Shown here piece by piece: positions 6,288 through 16,032 of a stretch of DNA of 25,208 bases. Made by a program: the position numbers and the translations under genes. The notes beneath the pieces were generated by a model that saw nothing but the letters and a program-made list of their open reading frames with translations, was not told where the DNA came from and ran no database searches. The stretch covers positions 1-25,208 of IMG/VR virus record IMGVR_UViG_3300044676_008138. The stretch is one strand, 5' to 3'. The DNA is from a virus. Its lineage: Duplodnaviria; Caudoviricetes. Position 1 is the first letter of the stretch, and every line of letters begins with the position of its first letter.

Positions 6288-8182
6288 ACGGTTCGCCCTC
6301 TCAATGTCCCTATTGTAAGCCTAGTAGTTTGCTGCTCGTAATCCATTTCCCACCCAATTAAACTTGGATACTTTTGTTGCTCGCCATCCAAGTTGAACCA
6401 AACATTTCTTCTGTCAATTCCTTCAATTGGATATCCCAACCAAGAGTTAAGATTGTATTCAACACCGTTCAAAGTGGCAGATGCGCTGATATTTGCATGC
6501 CCCCAATTGTTAGATAGCTCAACTGCTAAATCGTTCATTGCTTGACGATCATCTCTTTCCGTATTTTTCCCAGACGAAGAGTTTTTTATCGGATGGTTTA
6601 TTGATGTTTCATCAATCACCCTAAGTTTAAATGAAGGCATGTCGATAACCTCAACTTTTGGATTCAACATGTTATTCCCAGTGGCTTGTTCATAGCGAAT
6701 TCGTTGGTCACCTAATACGCTGGCAGTTACACGCATCTTGACCTTTGGTTGACTAGTGCCTTCCTCTAATCCAAATGCCATAATCTGCAGCGGAGGCAAT
6801 AAGGAGGTGAAATAAATTCCACATTCAGTTTCAAGCAATTTAACTGAAGTGCCATGCTTTAGTCCAACATATTCACCCTCGGTCCCTTCACTTCCCGTAA
6901 TTGAAAACCAATGTTGTTTTTCTGGGTGATACCATTCTATAAATACTCCGTCATGAATTCCTTCTGCCCCATTTATTGGTTTTTCTAAAATGGTTGGCAA
7001 GAATAAACGGCGTTTGTTTAAATTTGGCGTAAGCTCAAAAAACTGATTCGGATGCCACGGCCACACAGATCTTCCTCGAGGGTCGTTATGGTCTCCAGAT
7101 TCATTTAAAACCCACCTTCGCCAAGCAAACTCAGATCCCGCATTTGACTTCATATAATCCGAACCAAGTTCTAATTGCTCTGGATTAATATGGAGATTGT
7201 CGTATTCGTCACTCCATCCAGGAATTAAATCAAACGTGCCTTCTCGACGCTCATAGTCACCGACAATACGAATATATTTTGACGATCCTTTTACTCGATC
7301 AAAATTAATTTCAATTTCATGCAGATCCGAAAGATTGGCGTCAGCATAATCAAACATTGCCTGAGCGGACAGTCTTCTCGGTTGCCCAGAGTCCCTCTTT
7401 ATTACTTTTAACTTTGGTTTTAATCCACCGTCGTAGATGGTTATCATTTGGTAACCATACGGTTCCAGTAGCGTCCTCAACGCTTCAGGCAGGTACACGC
7501 CCTTTTCGATTTCTAGGTCAACAAACAAAGTTGGGTCAAAGCTAATTACACCACTTAACTCTAAATAGGTTGGATTTGTAATGTATGTTTCATTTGGATT
7601 AAGAGTTGTGATTAAGTACCATGAAGCATCTAAAATCGTCCATGCCTCTTGCCCAAATCCATCGGCTGGCATTGAATCCAAATCAATCAATGCAAAGTTA
7701 TTTGCAGGTTTACCATCCCACCATCTATTTTCTTGAACGCGACCGTCAAAAACTGGATTAAATATGGTAGGACCATCCGTGACGATCGTGGGCCAGTTCT
7801 TGATATTCGTTTCAGTTGTGGGGGTGCGATAGGCTATTGTGACTTGATCGAGCGGGTCGCCAAATAACTCGTCAGTCAATCGAGAATACTTTATGTATTG
7901 ATCGCCATTCTCCCCATACCCGACTCCACCACCCGCAACTATTCCTGTGTGAATTAACACATCTGTGTCAGCATCAATATTCATGTAAACTTGGCACAAA
8001 ACTGACTCAAATTTTGAACCAACGCTTACTGATTGCAAACTGGAACGAGGCATCAATTCAAATTCAACTGTGTCTACCAGTTCTGGATAAATTTCACGAT
8101 TCATACGCAACAGTCGTGCGTTAAAATCAACTTGACCACCTAATTTTATTTTGTAGGACGGCGCAGTTTTTTGCAGACTCAT
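6284..8182 (-). CDS. Putative tail hub / Tal-like protein
   Basis: 632 aa, two genes after TMP; C-terminal ..SASATL.G...Q.TT.LT.. resembles hub proteins; positional call. Confidence 0.55.
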   Translation of the reverse strand: MSLQKTAPSYKIKLGGQVDFNARLLRMNREIYPELVDTVEFELMPRSSLQSVSVGSKFESVLCQVYMNIDADTDVLIHTGIVAGGGVGYGENGDQYIKYSRLTDELFGDPLDQVTIAYRTPTTETNIKNWPTIVTDGPTIFNPVFDGRVQENRWWDGKPANNFALIDLDSMPADGFGQEAWTILDASWYLITTLNPNETYITNPTYLELSGVISFDPTLFVDLEIEKGVYLPEALRTLLEPYGYQMITIYDGGLKPKLKVIKRDSGQPRRLSAQAMFDYADANLSDLHEIEINFDRVKGSSKYIRIVGDYERREGTFDLIPGWSDEYDNLHINPEQLELGSDYMKSNAGSEFAWRRWVLNESGDHNDPRGRSVWPWHPNQFFELTPNLNKRRLFLPTILEKPINGAEGIHDGVFIEWYHPEKQHWFSITGSEGTEGEYVGLKHGTSVKLLETECGIYFTSLLPPLQIMAFGLEEGTSQPKVKMRVTASVLGDQRIRYEQATGNNMLNPKVEVIDMPSFKLRVIDETSINHPIKNSSSGKNTERDDRQAMNDLAVELSNNWGHANISASATLNGVEYNLNSWLGYPIEGIDRRNVWFNLDGEQQKYPSLIGWEMDYEQQTTRLTIGTLRGRTV

Positions 8183-8184
8183 TG

Positions 8185-8664
8185 TTAACTCGCAGAAAAA
8201 GTGCTGTTGGCATTTCCAACTTGCAATTGATGAAAATGCAAATTAACTTCAATCCACCAAGTGTCAATTGTTCCGTTAAGTTGCGTTGTGAAGTCCTTGA
8301 GTGGCGCGGCCATCTGATGACCAGGCTGGGGAATTAATTCATACTTTTCAAAAGTGCATCCATGAAAAGTTGCCTTAGTTGAATCAGGGAACGTAACCTC
8401 AACTATTCCGTTTATGCTTATCCCAGCCTCAAGTCCGATTTTCAAGTAGTTGTAAACGTGCCATGGCTTAATCCATGCTGCATCATTCAAAATGGCGTTC
8501 AAGACAATAGGGCGACCCATCTTGCCGCCAACAATTTCAAGATCACCTTCATTTCCAAAGAAGTGCCTACGGTGGATCTTTGCCGGAGGCGAATTCACCA
8601 CAGGCGCTCCATGCATGTCTCCACAAGCCAGCGGATCATCAAGCCAAGGTACATTGATTGCCAT
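8185..8664 (-). CDS. Putative distal tail (Dit-like) protein
   Basis: 159 aa directly after TMP, 1-nt overlap; positional call. Confidence 0.5.
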   Translation of the reverse strand: MAINVPWLDDPLACGDMHGAPVVNSPPAKIHRRHFFGNEGDLEIVGGKMGRPIVLNAILNDAAWIKPWHVYNYLKIGLEAGISINGIVEVTFPDSTKATFHGCTFEKYELIPQPGHQMAAPLKDFTTQLNGTIDTWWIEVNLHFHQLQVGNANSTFSAS

Positions 8665-10508
8665 TATTTACCCAATTTCTTTGCTGCTGTAGGTTCGTTA
8701 ATCGCACCAACATTTGTAACTTGGACCTTTGTGACTTTCGTTGCCTCTACTCTGTCTCTTTCTCTTTCAGCCCGCATTTCAGCACGGTCTTCTTTAATTT
8801 GTTCACGCAGTGCATCGATAGCCTTAATCATTTCAATCTGCTGAACTGAAACTCCAGCTTGTTGGTCAGAATAAAAAAGTCCTTTTGTGTAGTATGTTAA
8901 TTTTTCAATATCCTCTATCGACATTTTGCCTGGATCAATTTTACCCATCAATTCAGCAGACCTGACAGTTTGTTCAAGTCCTAAAAACCCAGGATAATAT
9001 GCTTCACTTAGCTGACCCTTATCTGGGTGCCTATAAATCAGGTCTCTTCTAGCAACATCTAGTGCTTTCAGTATCCCCTCTTCATTCCCGTACTTGCCCA
9101 TGTACCATGCAATGTCTCCCTGGAACTCTGACATTGGTACGCCACTGTTTTCCATCAATCTTTGTGCGGCGTTCTTACGCAGAATCATTCTCGCGCCATG
9201 TTTATTTTGCATTTCTAACGCAGCATTTGTTTCGTCGTAATCTTTTTGCTCTTTTGTTAACCCGACGTAATCAATTGCGTCACCTTTTGCTATTTGCTCA
9301 TGAAACAGCTTCTCGGATTGCTTAAATGTTTCCTGCATCGCAACCTGATATGTTCCGCCAATGTAATGCAACGGGATCTGCCCCATGTCTTTGATCTTCT
9401 CCATGATGGTTAACATACTCTCTGCCTCGCCAGTCCCTGCGCGAATCATATCCATCAAATAGAATTTCATCTTCGATCGGCCTTCGATTTTCAGCCTCGC
9501 TTCAGATGCTGTCATCCCAACAAAATCTTCTGGCGAACCATCTTCCTTCTGTGAAAAAACTCCAAGCATATGTTTTGAAAATGCCTTGTGCTTGTCGGTT
9601 TTTCCTTCACGCATTCCCCGCAGTAATGCCATTCCTTCATCTTCAATTCCAAACTTGACCTTTTCTTCCTCAAGTGTCGCAAAAAACTTTAAGAGTGCTG
9701 TCCTAGACTCTGTTCCTTCTTCATCAGTTGCTGATGATGTTAAAGCAGAACCAAGAAGCAGAGCCTCGCCTTCGTTTACCCCAAATCTTGCCAGGTCCAA
9801 CGCCATTGGTGCGACATTAGAATAAAAGGCTCGATCCTCAACAACCATCGAAGCAGCTTTAGCCCCTTCCAAGAGACCCATCTGCCCCAGGGGAGTACTG
9901 TTAAGTCCTCTTGCAAGTTGTTTGGCGTGGAGGTTTGCGATAGCCTTTCCAGCAGCAAGTTTCCCTTCCTCGTCTAAATCAAATCTCTCTTTCATCAAGA
10001 ACTCAGCAATATCCGCTTTTCCACTTAGCGGGAGGTCAGCAGTTGCTGAGTGGATGTTATGAAATAGCCGAATTGCCTGCCCTGGATCAGTTGTCCCTGA
10101 TTTGAACCGATCAACAACATCCTTCAAACTCATGTCAACCAGATTGCCATCCTCTTCTGGCATCGCGAACGAAAGTTTTCTTACAGATTGACCAAAATCT
10201 AGTTGACGATCCTTCATTCTGTTCATCGTCTGTTCAATTACACCAATTTCCTTTCGAACAAGCCCGACAACAGTGTATGCAGCACCGGTCGCTGAACCAA
10301 ATCCAACCATTGCCATCGCAGCAGTTTTAATATTGCTCCCCCAACCCTTCAGCGTTTTATTCATTCCGCTAGAAGCGTTTGCTGCTTTCTTTGAGCTTGC
10401 TGACATTGACTGTGTCATTGAAGCAAACTTGTTCTGGAACTGGTTGAGCGCAGCAAGAGCTTGTCGTTGAGCGACGGTCAGTTTGATTGCTGCTGCGTTA
10501 CTTGCCAT
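8664..10508 (-). CDS. Tail tape measure protein
   Basis: 614 aa, helical A/M/K/S-rich N-terminus with a hydrophobic AAMAMVGFGSATGAA segment; follows the frameshifted chaperone. Confidence 0.8.
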   Translation of the reverse strand: MASNAAAIKLTVAQRQALAALNQFQNKFASMTQSMSASSKKAANASSGMNKTLKGWGSNIKTAAMAMVGFGSATGAAYTVVGLVRKEIGVIEQTMNRMKDRQLDFGQSVRKLSFAMPEEDGNLVDMSLKDVVDRFKSGTTDPGQAIRLFHNIHSATADLPLSGKADIAEFLMKERFDLDEEGKLAAGKAIANLHAKQLARGLNSTPLGQMGLLEGAKAASMVVEDRAFYSNVAPMALDLARFGVNEGEALLLGSALTSSATDEEGTESRTALLKFFATLEEEKVKFGIEDEGMALLRGMREGKTDKHKAFSKHMLGVFSQKEDGSPEDFVGMTASEARLKIEGRSKMKFYLMDMIRAGTGEAESMLTIMEKIKDMGQIPLHYIGGTYQVAMQETFKQSEKLFHEQIAKGDAIDYVGLTKEQKDYDETNAALEMQNKHGARMILRKNAAQRLMENSGVPMSEFQGDIAWYMGKYGNEEGILKALDVARRDLIYRHPDKGQLSEAYYPGFLGLEQTVRSAELMGKIDPGKMSIEDIEKLTYYTKGLFYSDQQAGVSVQQIEMIKAIDALREQIKEDRAEMRAERERDRVEATKVTKVQVTNVGAINEPTAAKKLGK

Positions 10509-10626
10509 GCTCTCGCTCTAAAAAATACCAGTCAAATGGAGTAGGACAGTGATCTGGGCACATCCCGTTGCGCCAGGTCAGATAAGTGAGGTAACGGGGA
10601 TGGAAACAACTGCCTCTTCCTTTTTT
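10498..10626 (-). CDS. -1 frameshift extension of tail chaperone (gpGT-like C-terminus, 40 aa)
   Basis: A AAA AAG at 10626-10620; the -1 frame is open GRGSCF...EREHGK to TAA 10500-10498, overlapping the TMP ATG. Confidence 0.75.
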   Translation of the reverse strand, partial: KKGRGSCFHPRYLTYLTWRNGMCPDHCPTPFDWYFLEREHGK

Positions 10627-11354
10627 TTTTGCTGATCTACCTGGAAGATTTCAGGCATGTCGAATGTGCATGCGATGATCCCAACTAGGCACTGCTCATC
10701 AAGAAGGTCGAGCATTAATGCTACTTCGTAATTCAACCTGTAATTAATCGAAAGTGCATCGCCAGCTAGATGAGCACCATCCTCAATAGTGATCGTTTTG
10801 ATTTCATCAGTAGGCTCAATCTTTGTGTCAAATCCTTTTTCATCATTCCAAATTCCGAATGGCCTGAACACTTGCTGCATTGCGATGAAAGCTCGGTCGA
10901 AATAGCTTTTGTAACGCGATTCAACTTCCCGCTCGACTGTTCCTTCACCACCAAGAGAAAGTGTTCGAGGCAATTGCTGTGCGGCAGGAATTAACCACTC
11001 TCTGGCATCCCTCAATGTCACTTTGGTGCCAGGTCTCATATGCTCCCTGGCTAAGTCTCTGGGAGTCACAGGACGAAGAGGTTCAGTACCAATCCAAACA
11101 TCTCCTTCAGCACGCTTCCCGTTTTGTGGCATTGGTTTCCAGACTTGCGAGTCGCTGATTTGCATCCTCGCGTCGTCACCATTGCCCTTCATCCACCCAC
11201 AAAGCGCACCGCTACTCTGATCTGGATTTGGTCCTGCTTCGACATGAGTAATCATCAGATTATCAAGACCAACATCATCAAGACCAAATCTTGTTAAGAA
11301 CTGTTTAGCGTTTGCTGAATTAGCACCTTTTATGAAAATCAGGTAGCTTGCCAT
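10578..11354 (-). CDS. Tail assembly chaperone (gpG-like, short form)
   Basis: Lies between tube and TMP genes; ends QQKKK over an A10 slippery run. Confidence 0.75.
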   Translation of the reverse strand: MASYLIFIKGANSANAKQFLTRFGLDDVGLDNLMITHVEAGPNPDQSSGALCGWMKGNGDDARMQISDSQVWKPMPQNGKRAEGDVWIGTEPLRPVTPRDLAREHMRPGTKVTLRDAREWLIPAAQQLPRTLSLGGEGTVEREVESRYKSYFDRAFIAMQQVFRPFGIWNDEKGFDTKIEPTDEIKTITIEDGAHLAGDALSINYRLNYEVALMLDLLDEQCLVGIIACTFDMPEIFQVDQQKKKEEAVVSIPVTSLI

Positions 11355-11366
11355 TTCCTCTCCAAA

Positions 11367-11579
11367 TCAATTTGACTGTGCATCCCGTTTTAAAGTGAGA
11401 TACTCCACGTCCTCTTCCGAACTCGCAGAACCGGACGTACCATCTTCAAAATGATATTGAAGATATCCATCCATTTGCACAAGCCTAACGATTCGAGAAT
11501 TTGGAAACTTACCGTTTGAAAATTCGTCTTGAGGCGTAACTAAGTTGTCATCCTCATAATTCATATTTTCTTCTGACAT
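11367..11579 (-). CDS. Small acidic hypothetical protein in the tail operon
   Basis: 70 aa with GAGGT SD; fills the gap between tube and chaperone genes. Confidence 0.7.
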   Translation of the reverse strand: MSEENMNYEDDNLVTPQDEFSNGKFPNSRIVRLVQMDGYLQYHFEDGTSGSASSEEDVEYLTLKRDAQSN

Positions 11580-11593
11580 GGATACCTCAGAAA

Positions 11594-12523
11594 TTAGTAG
11601 TCAATTGCTGATGTTGTTGAAACGGCAAGCGTCCCGACCACATCGACCGTGAACGATACCGAAGCATCATCGTTCTGAGATGCTGAGTCTTCGTCTGGTG
11701 AAAATTCTCCAGTCGCAGAAATCTTGATGTGCTCCGCAGTGGCCTTTGCGACTCGACTATTAGCAGTCGTCGCCGACTCTTTCATCAAATACAGTGACAC
11801 GGTGTCGGCATTGGTGAACGCCCGATAGGTCACGCTAAAGTCACTTGCCGCGCATGTGATTTTAAACTGCGGGTCGCGACTAACGATCATTCCACATCGA
11901 GGGAATGTTGAACCATTGAACAGCTTGGCACTGAACTCTTTTCCAAAATCAACTGTAAATCCATCAACAGAAGGAACTGCCGTCTGGTCTACTGCAACCG
12001 GTCCCTGGAAAAACCTTGATACGTATGCTGGAGATGTTGCCGCATCAATTGCACCAAGCGAGATAGTTTCTGGGACTGCCAACCCATCGCTCGAGAATGG
12101 TTGGTACATGACAGTGGCCTTTGCCCCTGCAGCATCATCCTGTCGAACAGAGATTTCTTTGATGCATGCGAATCCAGATGCTGAATTGTAGATGACATGT
12201 TTATTCGTAGCTGCCGCAGCTTCGAAAACATCATTGTCTTTTCGGCGGATTCGACGGAACGTCGCGCCCAGTCCACAGTCGTAGCCAACCAAAGGGTCGA
12301 TATTTCCAAGGACTGTGGTCAAGTCACAAGTCTCGAACTCATGCATTGGCATTGCAATCGACAATCCTTGAAATGCCTTATCGACTGCACCACCTGGCCG
12401 ATATGGTGCCTTGGTCGCGTTTGGCGTCCAACGGTGTGCATCGATCGACGGAAAGTCAACCACGGTTAAAGGTGCAGATGGAGCGAGAGTCGCTGTGTAA
12501 ATTGAATATCTTTGTTCTGACAT
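11594..12523 (-). CDS. Major tail tube protein (putative)
   Basis: 309 aa, A/S/T/D-rich beta-type composition, after neck genes and before chaperone/TMP; AGGAG SD. Confidence 0.7.
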   Translation of the reverse strand: MSEQRYSIYTATLAPSAPLTVVDFPSIDAHRWTPNATKAPYRPGGAVDKAFQGLSIAMPMHEFETCDLTTVLGNIDPLVGYDCGLGATFRRIRRKDNDVFEAAAATNKHVIYNSASGFACIKEISVRQDDAAGAKATVMYQPFSSDGLAVPETISLGAIDAATSPAYVSRFFQGPVAVDQTAVPSVDGFTVDFGKEFSAKLFNGSTFPRCGMIVSRDPQFKITCAASDFSVTYRAFTNADTVSLYLMKESATTANSRVAKATAEHIKISATGEFSPDEDSASQNDDASVSFTVDVVGTLAVSTTSAIDY

Positions 12524-13083
12524 TAGATCACTCCTAAGTTGGTATACCGCTTTAACATTCGCGGTGATTTTTTGATTTCGTCTTTTAATGAAGCAACGTA
12601 AATTGCCGCATATTGTTTAAGGATTTCTGCTTCTTCTTCATCAACCCAACGAGACAATTCTTCGTTCATTTGATCACGAGATATACTTCCTGGTTTACCC
12701 TTCCCAGCGGGAAAAGGCCATTTCAGGTACATCGTTGTAATCATCAACGATTCTGGCGAACCAGAATTACGAATGGTCGGCATCATTGTTGTCATTGAGT
12801 CTCGAGTGCGACCAGTCTTTACAATATCAGTGATCGACTTATGGACCTTTCGTTTATAACCCATGTACCGACGACTACGTGGAGCGTGGTTATAAAGTTG
12901 ACGGTTGTTTTGCTGAAAGTGACGAGGAACGTATTTACGCCAGTGCAATAGCATTGCAGCTTGCGCTGCCTGCTTACTGACCTTGCGATGAATACGCCCC
13001 ATTCTGTCAGAAGTACCAAGCAGTGCATCAGATGCAACGATCGCAAAACCGACCTTCGGGATAATTTCTCCACGAAAATTCAT
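12523..13083 (-). CDS. Neck / tail-completion protein (basic, gpZ- or HK97 gp10-like position)
   Basis: Basic protein with IVKTGRTRDS motif; start placed at ATG 13083 by ATGA overlap. Confidence 0.6.
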   Translation of the reverse strand: MNFRGEIIPKVGFAIVASDALLGTSDRMGRIHRKVSKQAAQAAMLLHWRKYVPRHFQQNNRQLYNHAPRSRRYMGYKRKVHKSITDIVKTGRTRDSMTTMMPTIRNSGSPESLMITTMYLKWPFPAGKGKPGSISRDQMNEELSRWVDEEEAEILKQYAAIYVASLKDEIKKSPRMLKRYTNLGVI

Positions 13084-13628
13084 TTTGTCGCAACCTCCCA
13101 TCGTCCGTACCAGATCATCTTCTGCTCTGGGACATCTGGGTCGGCGTCATCCTCTGGATCAGTCGGTAGCAATTCACTTGTATTGATCAGGTCATACTCA
13201 ATCAATGTCAGCGACATGATTCTAAGGTACGTCTGCCCTGTCTCATCTTCACCGGATCCCTGCAGAGCGATCATCTCGTTGATAATGGTCCCGAACGTAT
13301 TTAAAACCTCGTCTTCACGCTCAGATAAACCAGTTGCTGTTTCCGCAGGCAAGTCTCGCTCGAGATCGATTGTCAAAAGCAACCTCGATGAATCACGCCA
13401 ACTTCCGATCCCTTCGTCAGAAATTAAATGCTGCCCGATTCTGATTATTCCGCGAGAACCGGAATGAAACTCCTCGATCGCCTCGAATCGGTGTACTTTG
13501 AGCTTTGCAGCTTCTTTTCTCTCAGAGGCTGTTCCAGTCGTGACCCCAACCTCTGTCTGAAACGCTGGGCATGCGGCGAGCAGATTGCGTAGGAGATGTT
13601 GCTGACCAAATCTTGGAGGGACAGGCAT
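13080..13628 (-). CDS. Putative tail terminator / neck protein
   Basis: Acidic 182-aa protein in the head-tail joining cluster; positional call. Confidence 0.55.
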   Translation of the reverse strand: MPVPPRFGQQHLLRNLLAACPAFQTEVGVTTGTASERKEAAKLKVHRFEAIEEFHSGSRGIIRIGQHLISDEGIGSWRDSSRLLLTIDLERDLPAETATGLSEREDEVLNTFGTIINEMIALQGSGEDETGQTYLRIMSLTLIEYDLINTSELLPTDPEDDADPDVPEQKMIWYGRWEVATK

Positions 13629-14062
13629 TATTGTCTCCTCATCGATTCACGGGTCGCCAAGGTATCCTTACGCACGAATAGAACTCGTTTGGTCGCTGAA
13701 TCTTCAGCAACCAGACGTACTGCTGTGAGAATGACTCCGTCTTTGATTCTCTTAAGCTTGTCGGGTCGTTTGGGATTCTGAGGGTCAGAAACATTTGCGG
13801 TAACTGGAAGATCAATCAGAAAAGCTTTTCGTTCAGCTTGCCCGCGATCTTCGACTAATGTTCGACCATCACCTTGAGCCTCGTTCGTTCCCTCGAGTGC
13901 ATGTTCCTGGACAACAGCACCCTGCCCACCAGTAGACGACGTGAACTCTTGCCGGTTGGATTCTTTGCCTTCAGGCCAAAACACAACATCTTCCGCAAAG
14001 AACTCATCTCCTAAGAAGATGTCCGCAAAAATTTCCGATGCTAATGTGTCAATGACGCCCAT
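13628..14062 (-). CDS. Head-closure / head-tail joining protein (gpFII-like)
   Basis: N-terminal IFLGDEFFAEDVVFWPEG resembles head-tail joining proteins; start placed at ATG 14062, just after the upstream stop. Confidence 0.65.
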   Translation of the reverse strand: MGVIDTLASEIFADIFLGDEFFAEDVVFWPEGKESNRQEFTSSTGGQGAVVQEHALEGTNEAQGDGRTLVEDRGQAERKAFLIDLPVTANVSDPQNPKRPDKLKRIKDGVILTAVRLVAEDSATKRVLFVRKDTLATRESMRRQ

Positions 14063-14063
14063 G

Positions 14064-14885
14064 TTACTCTGCAACTAACCCTTCAATGAAACCCTCAACA
14101 TCACCCTCAGATAAGGAAATGGCTGTGCCAGACTCTTCCTCGACATTTAGGCATTCGCCTGATGGAGCGTGGATGAAGAACTGTCCGTCTCGATTGAAGA
14201 CATTCAGATTTGCATCCATCGCACAATCAAACGAACCAAGTACGTTCTCGCCGAGCAGCGATTCAGACTCGAGCCATTCATAAACGTCCGAGGTATTGTA
14301 ACCGGAGTCAGGTTTTTCCAGCCCAAGTCCTTTCCATTCCTTGACCATCTTTTCAGATACGCCAAAGAACTCGGCAAGTTTAGCTTGAGAAGTTAGTAGC
14401 ACCGAATCTGATTCAGGATCAGGCTTGACCTCTTCAAGAATCGGTTCGTCCTCGACTGGGGCTTCCTTTGGTGATTCATCTGGTTTGGTTTCCAGCGTGA
14501 CTTCAAATCCGCTTTTCTTAAGCTTCTCATAAGCTTTGACTTGGAACTGTGACAGGTAAGCAGCAATCCCTTTTGCGTCGGCATCTGCCATCTTTTTAAT
14601 GGCGTACTCAGCAGCAAACTTCTGAGTTGCTTCCCAATCTGGTTTGATCATGAACTCGTCAGGCTCAGTCACCTCTTGTTTGCTCTTGAGAACCTTCTTG
14701 GTGATTACCAAGGCTGATCCAATGTCATTTGCAAGAGCATTGAGTTGATCTTCGTACAGTTCCTGCGGGACGCTAGGCTCAAAGTCGAAGGTTTCAACGA
14801 TATCCCCTTTTTCATTTCTTACAGCGCGACGAAATGGGATGTCAATTTGTGGGTTTCGCGCTACAGCAGTTGTGTTCTTAGGCAT
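14064..14885 (-). CDS. Acidic protein with internal TerS/Nu1-like HTH (gpFI position)
   Basis: SQAKLAEFFGVSEKMVKEWKGLG...YN....YEW segment; directly after the capsid gene. Confidence 0.75.
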   Translation of the reverse strand: MPKNTTAVARNPQIDIPFRRAVRNEKGDIVETFDFEPSVPQELYEDQLNALANDIGSALVITKKVLKSKQEVTEPDEFMIKPDWEATQKFAAEYAIKKMADADAKGIAAYLSQFQVKAYEKLKKSGFEVTLETKPDESPKEAPVEDEPILEEVKPDPESDSVLLTSQAKLAEFFGVSEKMVKEWKGLGLEKPDSGYNTSDVYEWLESESLLGENVLGSFDCAMDANLNVFNRDGQFFIHAPSGECLNVEEESGTAISLSEGDVEGFIEGLVAE

Positions 14886-14921
14886 GTGTCTTTTTGAGAT
14901 AAAAGTTAGTGGTTAAACAGC

Positions 14922-14969
14922 AAAAAAAAACCAAGCGGCGAGAACGAGAGGGGGAACCTCGCCGCTTGG
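14922..14969 (-). terminator. Terminator after major capsid gene
   Basis: CCAAGCGGCGAG / CTCGCCGCTTGG, 12-bp stem, with A9 (14922-14930) as U-tail. Confidence 0.8.
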
Positions 14970-14983
14970 CGACACTGCTGATT

Positions 14984-15946
14984 TTAGGTGGACAATGTGA
15001 TCTCGATCGCATACTGCCACATGAAGTAACCAAAGTTGTACCGAGCTTCGGTCATGAACTTGATGTACTTGTCTTCGATCGAATTGAGACCTTTGATCTC
15101 AGTTCGAAGTCTCTGCCGTGGTTGCCATACGAATGGCTTGAGTCGACCACCGACATAGAACAAGTAGAACTTCGAATCCGAACCGTTGGTCTCAGTCGCA
15201 TTCAAATACGGGCACGACAAGATCGTTGGCTTTTCGCGGAAGTGGTTGGTGGTTGCACCAAACGAAGAACTGACGATTTCGAGCGATTGCTTTTGCTCAA
15301 ATGCATCATCAATCGAGTCTTCCAACGCACCAGGGCAGATGACGACAAAATCAGACATTCGGACGACGTTCGGGCGATACCAGAACTTCCCGTTGTCTTT
15401 TTTGAAGGTCTTCATCCGAGCGATACCAGCACGAATTGCTTTCTTCGCTTCCATTGGCGTAACTGCCGACAACGAACCAACGGTACTTGTGATCTTGTTT
15501 GACAACGTGCCCGAATCACGCCACAAATGGTCCGAGTCAAAGAAGTACTGCCCATCATAACAGTTCGTTGACGCACCATTTTTGACCAAGTCAAAAAGGA
15601 GTTCGTCAGGATGACACATTGCTTCATCGCCAAGGTCGGCAATCGCATCGGTGTACATCCCGATTCGATCGTCGTCGTAATCGACTCGATCGATTTCAAC
15701 GGATGACTCAAAGTGCTTGTTAGGTACGGTAAACCGAGCACTGGTCAATTGGTGAAAAACACGATCACCAAGGAACTCACGCATTCCAGGCTGTGAACCT
15801 GAAATGACGTACTCTTCATCACGACCGGATGAATTGTTGACCGAACACATCTGCGGATAGATTGGGGCAGCCTTTGCCGCTGCCTGCCGGAATGTTGCGG
15901 TGATACCACGTTTTACCGCATTCACCTTGGCGGTTTCAATTGCCAT
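14984..15946 (-). CDS. Major capsid protein, Mu gpT family
   Basis: PGMREFLGDR...NKHFESSVEIDR...DDRIGMY...HPDELLF...CYDGQYFFDSDH are hallmark Mu gpT motifs; AGGAG SD. Confidence 0.95.
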   Translation of the reverse strand: MAIETAKVNAVKRGITATFRQAAAKAAPIYPQMCSVNNSSGRDEEYVISGSQPGMREFLGDRVFHQLTSARFTVPNKHFESSVEIDRVDYDDDRIGMYTDAIADLGDEAMCHPDELLFDLVKNGASTNCYDGQYFFDSDHLWRDSGTLSNKITSTVGSLSAVTPMEAKKAIRAGIARMKTFKKDNGKFWYRPNVVRMSDFVVICPGALEDSIDDAFEQKQSLEIVSSSFGATTNHFREKPTILSCPYLNATETNGSDSKFYLFYVGGRLKPFVWQPRQRLRTEIKGLNSIEDKYIKFMTEARYNFGYFMWQYAIEITLST

Positions 15947-16032
15947 TTTATTAACTCCTGAATGTTAGTTAGTTTTGTGCGGATGCCCGCTGATAAGCAA
16001 CGGGTTTAACGAACCCGCCAACTAATTTTTAG

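Noticed and set aside
11594-12523. Contractile tail sheath or tailocin-type system
   Set aside because: No sheath or baseplate wedge genes; a full head and packaging module is present
14909-15560. Antisense ORFs opposite the capsid gene (and similar ones opposite neck, portal and terminase genes)
   Set aside because: Shadow ORFs of well-supported minus-strand genes; 14909-15502 starts across a terminator
15965-16026. Structured RNA between cement and capsid genes
   Set aside because: Only short stems (CGGGTT/AACCCG, TTAGTT/AACTAA), not distinguishable from chance by eye
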